From: a virus
Lineage: Duplodnaviria > Caudoviricetes
Virus record (IMG/VR): IMGVR_UViG_3300043676_000035
Span: 1 to 42,066 of that record
Direction: 5' to 3' (one strand)
DNA length: 42,066 nucleotides
Notes under the pieces: generated by a model
What the model was told of the DNA's origin: nothing
Database searches by the model: none
The model's input: only the letters and a program-made list of their open reading frames with translations
Position numbers and translations under genes: made by a program
Shown here: in pieces, positions 1 to 7,385 of the stretch
Position numbering within the stretch: the stretch's first letter is position 1
How the letters are laid out: each line of letters opens with the position of its first letter

Positions 1-197
1 GATCCTCGCGCGCGCGCGCGTATTGTGTGCGGAACTGCTCATGCGTGCGCAGCCAACGACGGATCGTTGGCCAATGCGGCCTTCCCGGCTGATCGCAGTA
101 TTCACGAACGCTCCCACCGTCTGCGATATGCTCGCAGAACTCCTCAGCCATTTGCATCGAAAACTTGGAGTTTCCGTGCAGCTTTACCGGCACCAGG
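1..197. repeat. Terminal direct repeat, left copy (likely circular-assembly overlap)
   Basis: Matches 41870-42066 except at positions 6 (T vs G) and 70 (G vs A); implies a ~41,869-bp circle. Confidence 0.95.
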
Positions 198-202
198 GCC
201 AT
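1..202 (-). CDS. terS: 5' part of terminase small subunit (duplicated by the overlap); probable true start ATG at 202
   Basis: ATG GCC CTG GTG CCG GTA AAG is in frame with the GTG-started ORF 41577..42062. Confidence 0.75.
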   Translation of the reverse strand, partial: MALVPVKLHGNSKFSMQMAEEFCEHIADGGSVREYCDQPGRPHWPTIRRWLRTHEQFRTQYARARED

Positions 203-216
203 ATGCGCTGGAATGG

Positions 217-423
217 TCACGCGGCCATCATCTCCTGCCAGCCCTCTAGCCGGCCCATAACCCTCTCAAACGCCACCTGAGACCTAACCTTGCCCAGCTC
301 GATTGCCTTGATGTGCCCACCAATCACAACGAACAGCTTGCAAGGCTTGTCCTGCCACAGATACGCGAGGCCCATCTTTTCGATAGCCTCAATGATTGCT
401 GCCTTGACGATTGCTCGCCTCAT
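217..423 (-). CDS. Hypothetical protein
   Basis: 68-aa ORF coupled (ATGA) to the upstream gene, directly before terS. Confidence 0.55.
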   Translation of the reverse strand: MRRAIVKAAIIEAIEKMGLAYLWQDKPCKLFVVIGGHIKAIELGKVRSQVAFERVMGRLEGWQEMMAA

Positions 424-587
424 GCCTGTCCCCGAAGAACCTTGCGGCGTAGCGTGCGGACGGCGTACAGGGTCGCAACTGCCTCACGAATGCTAGGCGT
501 GTCGGGCATCTCCGACTCGCGCATGGCCTTGCGCAAATGCTCGCTTGCCTTGGCCTCCAGGGTGTCGATCTCCTGCAGCGTCAGCAT
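420..587 (-). CDS. Hypothetical protein (MLTLQEIDTL...)
   Basis: C-terminal part of ORF 420..806; ATG overlaps the stop of 587..934. Confidence 0.5.
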   Translation of the reverse strand: MLTLQEIDTLEAKASEHLRKAMRESEMPDTPSIREAVATLYAVRTLRRKVLRGQA

Positions 588-934
588 CAGGTTGCCTCGA
601 TAACCGAAAGCTGCCAGCCCTGGCCGAATTGGATTTGCGTCTCGCCAGCGAGAACAGGGCTTGTCGCCCCCGCAACGAGCAACGTCTGACCTGCCGGCGT
701 AACCTCGTAACGCACACGCTTGCCGAGCTCGACTTGCACCCAGAGCGCGGCAGTGCCGGCTGGTGCCGCAGAGGCTTCCGAGGTGTCCGCTGCGCCCGTG
801 GTGCATGAGAGCAGGTCACGTCCGAGCAACGGAAATTTGATAGCCTGGACCACCGCAAAGGTGAGGTCGTTTCCCCCTACGCGGGGAATGCCGACGACGC
901 CAGCGAAGGCGAAGCAATGAACGGCCGTGGTCAT
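587..934 (-). CDS. Hypothetical protein (beta-rich)
   Basis: 115 aa, translationally coupled in the pre-terminase operon. Confidence 0.6.
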   Translation of the reverse strand: MTTAVHCFAFAGVVGIPRVGGNDLTFAVVQAIKFPLLGRDLLSCTTGAADTSEASAAPAGTAALWVQVELGKRVRYEVTPAGQTLLVAGATSPVLAGETQIQFGQGWQLSVIEAT

Positions 935-1209
935 CAGCCTTCCTTTCGTCCGTGGATAACGCGCTTCTTGACAGTCACGCGCTCGCCCTTGTCGGTGGCG
1001 CCCACGTCAATTTCGTCACTTGGGGCCGCAGCAGCAGGCGCAGCCTCCAGCATCGTTTCCGTGAGCATGCGCAGCGCCTCGATGCTCACCATTATCCGCC
1101 CTATCGACCCATCGGCAGGCGGGTGGCTCTGGCCGCAGTCGCGGATGTGGTGAACAAGCGCTTCCTCGTGGGCCTTGATGCAGGCGGCAAGCTGCTCTGC
1201 TGTGACGTT
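934..1209 (-). CDS. Hypothetical protein (start uncertain, GTG)
   Basis: C-terminal half of ORF 934..1473 looks protein-like (VTAEQLAACIKAHEEAL...). Confidence 0.45.
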   Translation of the reverse strand, partial: NVTAEQLAACIKAHEEALVHHIRDCGQSHPPADGSIGRIMVSIEALRMLTETMLEAAPAAAAPSDEIDVGATDKGERVTVKKRVIHGRKEG

Positions 1210-1214
1210 GATTT

Positions 1215-1547
1215 TCAATTGAGCCTCGTGGATCGGTGCTCGATAAGCTCGGGATGTGCTGCCTGCACGGTCTCGACCCACGCCTTGACGGCCTTGGGGC
1301 TGCCTATGTTGGGCACTGTGGCCAGCGCTGCAAACAGGGCTTTGCGGCTGGTGCCGGCCGGGAGCGGCAGGTCCATCCAGCAAGAGGCGGTGGGGCTGTC
1401 GGCCGAGAGGGACAGCTTGGCGTTCGGAACCGTCAGTACGCGGCACACGACCTTGCGGCCGGCGCGCACCCAATTGTAAGTGCCGTGACCGTAGCCGATG
1501 GAGCCGAGATGGACCGCTACAGCCTGTCTAATCTCACCGCGCTTCAT
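1215..1547 (-). CDS. Hypothetical protein (MKRGEIRQAV...)
   Basis: First gene of the leftward late-type operon; internal ATG of ORF 1215..1613. Confidence 0.55.
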   Translation of the reverse strand: MKRGEIRQAVAVHLGSIGYGHGTYNWVRAGRKVVCRVLTVPNAKLSLSADSPTASCWMDLPLPAGTSRKALFAALATVPNIGSPKAVKAWVETVQAAHPELIEHRSTRLN

Positions 1548-1724
1548 GTTGTTTTCCGTGAAAGAGCCCGCCCAGCGGCAAGGCCGGGCGGGAACTCTGA
1601 GGGAGGGAGTCAAATATGAACGAATCAGGCATGGCCCTATTCGCGTTGTCTGTCAAATGCGAGTTGCGTGGGATTCCAAAGGCTTGCGGCGGCAGGCTAA
1701 GACTGAATCACAACATCGTGATGT

Positions 1725-1761
1725 GTACGCCCTTGCGTACGTCCGCAAATCACTCTATGGT
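1725..1761 (+). promoter_or_regulatory. Sigma70-like promoter with overlapping palindromic operator
   Basis: TTGCGT(1733-38)-N17-TATGGT(1756-61); palindrome TTGCGtACGTcCGCAA 1733-1748. Confidence 0.6.
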
Positions 1762-1789
1762 CTGTCTATCGGACAACGGAGAGACGGAC

Positions 1790-2020
1790 ATGGACGACAA
1801 GAACCTCTACGCCTTCGACTGGATCAAGGCCCGCTTGGCCGAGAAGCGAACCGTGTACCTCAGCCGGCAGTTCTACAACGGGACCCGCCACATCAAGATC
1901 ACGCCGCGTCGCATCAAGGATATCGATACCTTCCTGCGCATCGCGGGCGGCAAGCTGCAAATCCGCGAGGGCAAGTCTTTCTTCGATGTCCTCGGCCACT
2001 ACCGGGTGACCGCACAATGA
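1790..2020 (+). CDS. Hypothetical basic protein (moron gene 1)
   Basis: GGAGAG SD, ATG 1790, 76 aa. Confidence 0.7.
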   Translation: MDDKNLYAFDWIKARLAEKRTVYLSRQFYNGTRHIKITPRRIKDIDTFLRIAGGKLQIREGKSFFDVLGHYRVTAQ

Positions 2021-2250
2021 GCAGCGTCGGGTACTACGCTGGGCTGAGGCGGGAGAGCCGCAAGGCTTTCCTTCTCGGCCCATACGCCACCAGGGCCGAG
2101 GCTGAGGCGGTGCTTGCCCAGGCGCACGAACGAGCCATTGAGATCGACCCGTTTTGTCATTTCGACGAGCCGGGGATATTCCGCCTGGAAAGCCCTCAGC
2201 TCCCTGAGGGTCGACTTAATCACGTGCTCGGAGTGTACAATGGCGCCTGA
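2017..2250 (+). CDS. Hypothetical protein (moron gene 2)
   Basis: ATGA overlap; contains LLGPYATRAEAEA motif common in small phage proteins. Confidence 0.7.
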   Translation: MSSVGYYAGLRRESRKAFLLGPYATRAEAEAVLAQAHERAIEIDPFCHFDEPGIFRLESPQLPEGRLNHVLGVYNGA

Positions 2251-2455
2251 CGACATCGCGGCGGCCCGGCGCAAGCTGGGCCTCTCCGCTCCCGCATTCG
2301 CCCTCATGCTCGGGTACTCAGGAGAGCAGCGGCGCCAGATGACTTACGCCCTGGAGAGCGGCCGGCGCGAGTTGCACGAGGCGCAGAGGCGGTTGCTGGA
2401 GGCGTATCTGACTGGCTACCGGCCGGCTGATTGGCCGTGCGCTCCAGGCGCCTAG
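2240..2455 (+). CDS. XRE-family HTH protein
   Basis: IAAARRKLGLSAPAFALMLG...YALESGRR is an HTH_3-like pattern; GGAG SD. Confidence 0.8.
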   Translation: MAPDDIAAARRKLGLSAPAFALMLGYSGEQRRQMTYALESGRRELHEAQRRLLEAYLTGYRPADWPCAPGA

Positions 2456-2581
2456 CTGAGACGACGGCCACGGATATCAGCCATTCCATGCGCTCTGCCG
2501 CATCCTGCTTGTTGTCGGACGCTTCGATGATCTCCAGGCATTCCGTGAGCACGGCAAGCCTGGCCTTGATGTCGGAGAGGG

Positions 2582-2683
2582 TCATAGGGATTTCCTCAGT
2601 GCGCGAAGGAAGGCATCGGCCAACGCCCAAATCACGAACACCCAAAACGCGGTGAAGATGGCGAACAGGGCTAGGGTGCTCAT
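2582..2683 (-). CDS. 33-aa single-TM peptide
   Basis: MSTLALFAIFTAFWVFVIWALADAFLRALRKSL, GGAG SD. Confidence 0.5.
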   Translation of the reverse strand: MSTLALFAIFTAFWVFVIWALADAFLRALRKSL

Positions 2684-2685
2684 CG

Positions 2686-2961
2686 TCAGTATCTCCCCTC
2701 CAGGACAGCCGTGATTTGCCGCAAGCACTGGCCCTCCGTGATCCGACCAAGGCGGCAAAGTTGTATGGCGTATTTAGCTCTACGGATCGTGTCGTCTGCC
2801 GGCGCGGGCACTGCGGTTATCAGCCCGGTCCATGTGCCCGGCAGCTCGTGCACCATGCGCGTTGCAATGCGAGCTGCGGTGGCGCGCTCCGGCTCATAGT
2901 CGGAGCGCATCATCTCGCAAACGCTGGCGAGCCGGATAAGTCTGGCCCGTGGGGGCATCAT
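2686..2961 (-). CDS. Hypothetical protein
   Basis: 91 aa, coupled to the DUF5664 gene. Confidence 0.6.
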   Translation of the reverse strand: MMPPRARLIRLASVCEMMRSDYEPERATAARIATRMVHELPGTWTGLITAVPAPADDTIRRAKYAIQLCRLGRITEGQCLRQITAVLEGRY

Positions 2962-3344
2962 TTGCCCTCCTTTGCCCGATCATCCTGGCCCAGCCTTTCG
3001 AGCTGATAGGTCAGAAGGAACGTCAGGCAGCAAGTTGCATGCGCTAGGTGCGATAGGCCGGTCTCGGGGTCGCGGTCCTCTCCTCTGGCAAACGCGAAGA
3101 TGTGGCGCAACGCTGCGGCTATCAGCCGGCGCCATGCCATGCCCTTGCGCCAGTTGTCGGGGGCATACTTGCCGGCGCCGTGGGTCAGCACCTTGCCAAC
3201 TTCCTCCAACGCTGCGAATGGCAGGAGGTCTAGGCGGTTCTTGGCGGCATCATCCTTGCGGCCGGACGCGGCCGGAGCGGGATCGAGACGGAGCTGAGAG
3301 CGGGCGCATTCAACACCGTTGAAATCCAGGGTATCGGCCATCAT
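2958..3344 (-). CDS. dATP/dGTP diphosphohydrolase N-terminal domain protein (DUF5664)
   Basis: G.K.D..K.R.DLLP...GA.KY..DNWRKG...AA.RH...GE..DPETGL.HLAHA signature. Confidence 0.88.
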   Translation of the reverse strand: MMADTLDFNGVECARSQLRLDPAPAASGRKDDAAKNRLDLLPFAALEEVGKVLTHGAGKYAPDNWRKGMAWRRLIAAALRHIFAFARGEDRDPETGLSHLAHATCCLTFLLTYQLERLGQDDRAKEGK

Positions 3345-3462
3345 TGGCTCCACTCCATCTCGTCTAGCCACCGCATGAGGTCGGCCGAGCGTCGGCGCTC
3401 ATCGCGAAGGCGACGACGTAGGCGGGAACATTCGAGGAGTAGCCAGCGGGTGCTGTCGGAGG

Positions 3463-4314
3463 TCATGCGGCCCCCTTGCTCAGCTCGGCCACAAGCCGGT
3501 CAACGTCGGCGCGGTACTTCGGGAGGATTGGCCCCTTGTAGGTGCCGGCCACGATGCTGCGGGCGACCATGAGAGGGATCGACTCGCCCGTGTCTCTAGG
3601 AGAGCCGCCGATTGTGTCCATTGCGGCGCTTACCGAGTACGCCCCATGGGCTGAGTGCGGGGCGGCGGGCCGCTCACAGGTGCGCAGGAACCATTTCTGC
3701 CATTCGGCCTCCCAAGCGGCTTCCGCACACTTGCGCTGCTTGCCTCGCCAGTGAGCCCGGAACTTCTTGGCCTCGTTATCCACCAAATGTGCATGCTCTG
3801 GACTTTCTTTGGTTGCCCATGCATGCCACTCTGCCGGCAGGCTCCAATCTGCTTCCAATTCAAAAGAAACTGAGAGAGCGCTCTCTCTCTCTATAATTTC
3901 TTTGTTCTTAGTATTAGTCCTTTGTATGTGTCCGGAATTTCCAGAAACTGGATTTGCCGGAACACCACTTTCCGGCTTTTCCGGAAAGTGGTCGGGGCTC
4001 GGTGAACTGGTGCTCGCAAGCTCTTGAGGGTCATCGGAAAACAGGTAATCCGTGGCGCCGCCCTTGGTCCACTCGCGCTTGCAGTATCCCCGCCCGATGG
4101 CCTCTTTCACCAGGGCATAGGCCGTATCCTTGGATATCCCGTATTCCTTGCGCAGCCACTTGACGTTGAACGTCCAGTCGAGCGGCAGCCGCAGGATTGA
4201 GACCAGGAACCCCTTGCATGCAAAGGATATGGTTGCATCGGCCAGCAATACATTGCTGATCTTGGTGTAGGCGCGGTTGAGCCCGGACACCCTGAAAATG
4301 GTTTGCTCGTTCAT
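3463..4314 (-). CDS. Replication initiator (N-terminal wHTH, C-terminal DnaT-like domain), lambda O analogue
   Basis: YTKISN.LL.D..IS..KG.L..L.LP.DW.F motif; S/P linker; E..KFR.HW...W...WQKW C-terminus; GGAGG SD before ATG 4314. Confidence 0.8.
   Translation of the reverse strand: MNEQTIFRVSGLNRAYTKISNVLLADATISFACKGFLVSILRLPLDWTFNVKWLRKEYGISKDTAYALVKEAIGRGYCKREWTKGGATDYLFSDDPQELASTSSPSPDHFPEKPESGVPANPVSGNSGHIQRTNTKNKEIIERESALSVSFELEADWSLPAEWHAWATKESPEHAHLVDNEAKKFRAHWRGKQRKCAEAAWEAEWQKWFLRTCERPAAPHSAHGAYSVSAAMDTIGGSPRDTGESIPLMVARSIVAGTYKGPILPKYRADVDRLVAELSKGAA
3878..3992. other. Putative lytic replication origin inside the initiator gene
   Basis: Five TTTCCGGAAA-like units at 3931-3987, a 12-bp inverted repeat ACCACTTTCCGG/CCGGAAAGTGGT at 3964-3992, and an adjacent AT-rich tract ~3890-3928. 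Confidence 0.7.
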
Positions 4315-4571
4315 GCTGCCCTCCGTGCGCCCAGCACGACAGCAGCCCGCATTGCGGCGCCCAGCGTGGGGTGATAACCAGCCACCTTGACGCCATCCAC
4401 GGTTGCCCAGCACTCGCCGCGGCCGAGGAACCGACCGACCCTGAGTCGATTTGTCGCGTCCCTCCACTCGTATTTCGATGTGCCGGGCTTCTTTGAGTTG
4501 CCGGTGAGCCAGCACGAGAACTTCACGCCCGCGATCAGGAATGGCGGGGCCCCTGATAGGGTATCGGTCAT
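4311..4571 (-). CDS. Hypothetical protein
   Basis: 86 aa, ATGA overlaps on both sides. Confidence 0.65.
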   Translation of the reverse strand: MTDTLSGAPPFLIAGVKFSCWLTGNSKKPGTSKYEWRDATNRLRVGRFLGRGECWATVDGVKVAGYHPTLGAAMRAAVVLGARRAA

Positions 4572-4765
4572 TGGGAGCCCTCCAGGGCCTTCGCCAGCTT
4601 GGCGAGCCGTTCGGCGTACTTGCGCAGCTCGCGGGCGCGGATCGGTGAGCCGTTAAATTCGGCCGTACAGAGGAAGGTCAGATGCTTGGCGATGCTCGCA
4701 ATTAGATCGGCCGTTCTGATTTCGCCGTTCTCAGTTAGGCGTGTGACTTGCAGGGGGCGGGTCAT
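4568..4765 (-). CDS. Hypothetical protein
   Basis: 65 aa, coupled. Confidence 0.6.
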   Translation of the reverse strand: MTRPLQVTRLTENGEIRTADLIASIAKHLTFLCTAEFNGSPIRARELRKYAERLAKLAKALEGSQ

Positions 4766-5088
4766 AGCGCGACCCCGCGCGTGCTCTTGAGGTACGCCCT
4801 CGCATTGAGCCGGGTACGGCCGTCAATGGGCTCGCGAACGCCGAGCATCCATGACGCCACCGCCATGAGCACGGCTCCCCGAACGGGATAGCGCCCGTTC
4901 ATGGCCCAATTAACGGAGCTTTCGTTGATCCGGTAGAGGCGGGCGAATGCCACTTCCGAGCCGCATTCCTCGCACGCGAGGTAAAGCTGGTGCCGGAGAT
5001 GTCCATCCAGGACGGACAGCCTGCCCTTGTCGGCCGCTACGTGATGGCGGAGCTGCTGTTCCTCGAAAAATTCGGTTGGCCTGTGCAT
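4762..5088 (-). CDS. Putative HTH DNA-binding protein
   Basis: GSEVAFARLYRINESSVNWAMNGRYP resembles a Cro/C1 HTH. Confidence 0.55.
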   Translation of the reverse strand: MHRPTEFFEEQQLRHHVAADKGRLSVLDGHLRHQLYLACEECGSEVAFARLYRINESSVNWAMNGRYPVRGAVLMAVASWMLGVREPIDGRTRLNARAYLKSTRGVAL

Positions 5089-5091
5089 GAT

Positions 5092-5379
5092 CTAGGCCCC
5101 CTGCTTGGTGTAGCGGCGGCGGTCGTCACGCCCTCGGAAGGCGCGGCCTACCTGCTTGGTGCGGTCGGCATACCCAGCATGCTCGCGGCACCGCCAATCA
5201 GATGAGATCACCCCGCCATCCGAGGGCTTATAGGCGCCCGACGACATGGCGCGGATGCGCGCGAGGAACTCAGATAGCGTTTCGCCAGCGGTTGACTGAG
5301 CGACCAATTTCAAGGATGGTGTTCCCACGTCGGTAATCTCCTCTGAGATAGTTCCAAACCGATGCGAAGGTCGGCCCAC
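5092..5379 (-). CDS. Hypothetical protein
   Basis: 95 aa, first gene of the replication operon; start uncertain. Confidence 0.45.
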   Translation of the reverse strand: MGRPSHRFGTISEEITDVGTPSLKLVAQSTAGETLSEFLARIRAMSSGAYKPSDGGVISSDWRCREHAGYADRTKQVGRAFRGRDDRRRYTKQGA

Positions 5380-5404
5380 GCCAATGGGTGCGACCCGTCT
5401 CCAT

Positions 5405-5441
5405 CAAAACCCGGTAGCGCTTGCGACGCTGCCGGGTTTTG
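5405..5441. terminator. Long hairpin with A/T-tract flanks (terminator/attenuator-like)
   Basis: CAAAACCCGGTAGCG-N7-CGCTGCCGGGTTTTG. Confidence 0.6.
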
Positions 5442-5570
5442 TTTTGCCTCCAGCCATAGGGCCAGCGTCCGCATTGCTCGTGCAGAGAGCGCCGAAGTAC
5501 GCAGCTTGACGGCGGTGGAGAGTACGCCCTTGATTTGACATGATTTGTCGATCAGCGCCACTGAATAATT

Positions 5571-5590
5571 TGTGGACAACCTGTGGGAAA
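5571..5590. promoter_or_regulatory. Two tandem DnaA-box-like 9-mers
   Basis: TGTGGACAA (5571-79) and TGTGGGAAA (5582-90) vs consensus TGTGGATAA, next to a short AT-rich patch. Confidence 0.4.
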
Positions 5591-5782
5591 GCGGCCTCCG
5601 CACGTTCAGCGGTCCTGAATTTGCCGGTTGCATGTACGCCAGTTGTCAGATAGGCAGCAACGGATCGCTCCCGGCTTGGCGGGGGTCCGTGTCGAGCTTG
5701 GGGGTCCGGCGGGGCGCGTTGGACCGGAGCGGCATGAGCGCCGGGAGCGATCATTTCCACGCAATAAGCCGATTCGAAGGGC

Positions 5783-5951
5783 GCTACCATGCACGGTAGC
5801 AGGTCTAGCGTCACCGAACGCTTGACAATCCTACGTTTTGGGTAATATGGTAGCGCTAACGGTAATGCTATAGGGCTATGAGGCTACCACCCTATGCGGT
5901 AGCGCGCTCGGTAGCATTCACGGTAGCGGAGGCTCTAGGACTCATGGTAGC
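5783..5951. repeat. GGTAGC repeat array, candidate centromere/operator of the par operon
   Basis: GGTAGC at 5795, 5849, 5898, 5910, 5922, 5946; GGTAAT at 5841, 5861; inverted GCTACC at 5783, 5883; 12-bp periodicity. Confidence 0.75.
5822..5851 (+). promoter_or_regulatory. Sigma70-like promoter of the HNH-par operon
   Basis: TTGACA(5822-27)-N18-TATGGT(5846-51), embedded in the repeat array. Confidence 0.65.
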
Positions 5952-6453
5952 GGGGAAGCTAGACGGCACGATTAGCTTCGATGAGGTTCGGAGCGCGCTG
6001 GCCTATGACCAGCACACGGGCGAGCTCCGCTGGCGGGAGGGCAGGCGCAAGGCTGGTAAGATCGCCGGCGTCCGTCTGCCGCGCGGGTACATACGCATTC
6101 AGCTAGGCAGAGACAGAAACCAGTATCTTGCGCATCGTCTGGCGTGGCTGTGGATGACCGGGCTCTGGCCGAAAGCAGAGATTGACCACCGCGACGGCAA
6201 CCCCAGCAACAACTCGTGGGCCAACCTCCGCGAGGCGACGCGCGCGCAGAACGGCGCAAACCGCAAGATGAGCAGCAACAACCGCCTGGGCATTAAGGGC
6301 GTTCGAAAGAGGGCCGACTACAAGCGCTTCGAGGCGCAAATTAAGGTGGACGGACGCAAGCGCGTTATCGGGTACTACGATACGGCGCAGGAGGCCGAGC
6401 GGGCTTACAAAATCGAGGCGGGCCGCCTCTTTGGTCTATTCGCGAGGGACTGA
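5944..6453 (+). CDS. HNH endonuclease with C-terminal AP2 domain
   Basis: YLAHRLAW...IDHRDGNPSNN...NLREAT..QN; GIKGV...FEAQI...IG.Y.TAQEA..AY; likely start ATG 5944. Confidence 0.9.
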   Translation: MVAGKLDGTISFDEVRSALAYDQHTGELRWREGRRKAGKIAGVRLPRGYIRIQLGRDRNQYLAHRLAWLWMTGLWPKAEIDHRDGNPSNNSWANLREATRAQNGANRKMSSNNRLGIKGVRKRADYKRFEAQIKVDGRKRVIGYYDTAQEAERAYKIEAGRLFGLFARD

Positions 6454-7101
6454 ATGATGGTGCACAAGAAGCAACCTATGATGGTGGTCACAGTCGCCAG
6501 TACCAAGGGCGGCGTATCAAAGACCACCCTATCCAGCGCCCTCGCCGTCCGCGCCGCTGCGGATGGCCTAAAGGTTGCGCTAATCGACACCGACCCACAG
6601 GCGTCGCTTGCCCGCTGGCATGAATTGCGCGGCAGTCCCGCCAACCCAAAAATCGTTGAAATTGACGCGGCGCGCGAGGCCATTGCGCTGCTCATATCCC
6701 AAAAATGGGACATCGTAATAATCGACACACCGCCCGCGTTTCTCGACAAGGTGGAGAACGCCATAAGCCTTGCTGACTTCGTGCTGGTGCCCTGCCGGCC
6801 GAGCGCAGTTGATGTCGAGGCTGTGCGCGACGTTGTTTCAATCTGCAACGACCATGGCAAGCCGTTTGCGTTCATTATCACGCAGATTTTGCCGCCCCCA
6901 GGCCGCATCGTGGAGGGCGCCCGAAAGTACCTTGAAGCGAGCGGCGATGTTATGTCGTCGCAAATGACCAGCCGAAAACCCTACGCGGCCGCCATGACGG
7001 TCGGGAAGACCGGCCCCGAAATCAGGGGCGGGGAGGCTGCCGCCGAGGAAATAAAGGCCATTTGGGCAGAGGTCAGCGAGAGGATGCGGAAGGCGTCATG
7101 A
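6454..7101 (+). CDS. parA: ParA-family ATPase (short, type Ib)
   Basis: KGGVSKTT deviant Walker A, LIDTDPQAS, IVIIDTPP, ADFVLVP; 215 aa, no N-terminal HTH. Confidence 0.93.
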   Translation: MMVHKKQPMMVVTVASTKGGVSKTTLSSALAVRAAADGLKVALIDTDPQASLARWHELRGSPANPKIVEIDAAREAIALLISQKWDIVIIDTPPAFLDKVENAISLADFVLVPCRPSAVDVEAVRDVVSICNDHGKPFAFIITQILPPPGRIVEGARKYLEASGDVMSSQMTSRKPYAAAMTVGKTGPEIRGGEAAAEEIKAIWAEVSERMRKAS

Positions 7102-7385
7102 GCGACGACGACATGACGGAAATGATCGAGACCCTGCTTAGGCAGCAGTCTGCTGTCATCACTACGGCGAAGGCTCGGGGAGCGCGCGAAATGCAGGGTG
7201 TGCACCACCTGGATAGGCGCGGCATGCGCACGCCTCCCGAACACATCCGAAACGTTCAATTCAACGTCAAGGTTTCGCAGCGATGGAAATCCAGAGTTGA
7301 GCGGTATGCTGCGGCTAAGGGCATGAGCTCGACTGAGGTTATAGTGCGGGCGTTTGATGCCTATGCGGCGGCGAACAAAGAATGA
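7098..7385 (+). CDS. Small ribbon-helix-helix protein (ParG-like centromere binder)
   Basis: VQFNVKVSQRWKSRVERYAAAKGMSSTEVIVRAF is an RHH pattern; flexible N-terminus; ATGA overlap with parA. Confidence 0.8.
   Translation: MSDDDMTEMIETLLRQQSAVITTAKARGAREMQGVHHLDRRGMRTPPEHIRNVQFNVKVSQRWKSRVERYAAAKGMSSTEVIVRAFDAYAAANKE

Noticed and set aside
2958-3344. Z-base (2-aminoadenine) genome system
   Set aside because: No PurZ, DatZ or DNA polymerase recognisable
5878-5943. N-terminal extension of the HNH ORF
   Set aside because: It merely translates the GGTAGC repeat array; ATG 5944 has an AGGA SD
5783-5951. CRISPR array
   Set aside because: Repeats are 6-7 bp with ~6-bp gaps; no cas genes
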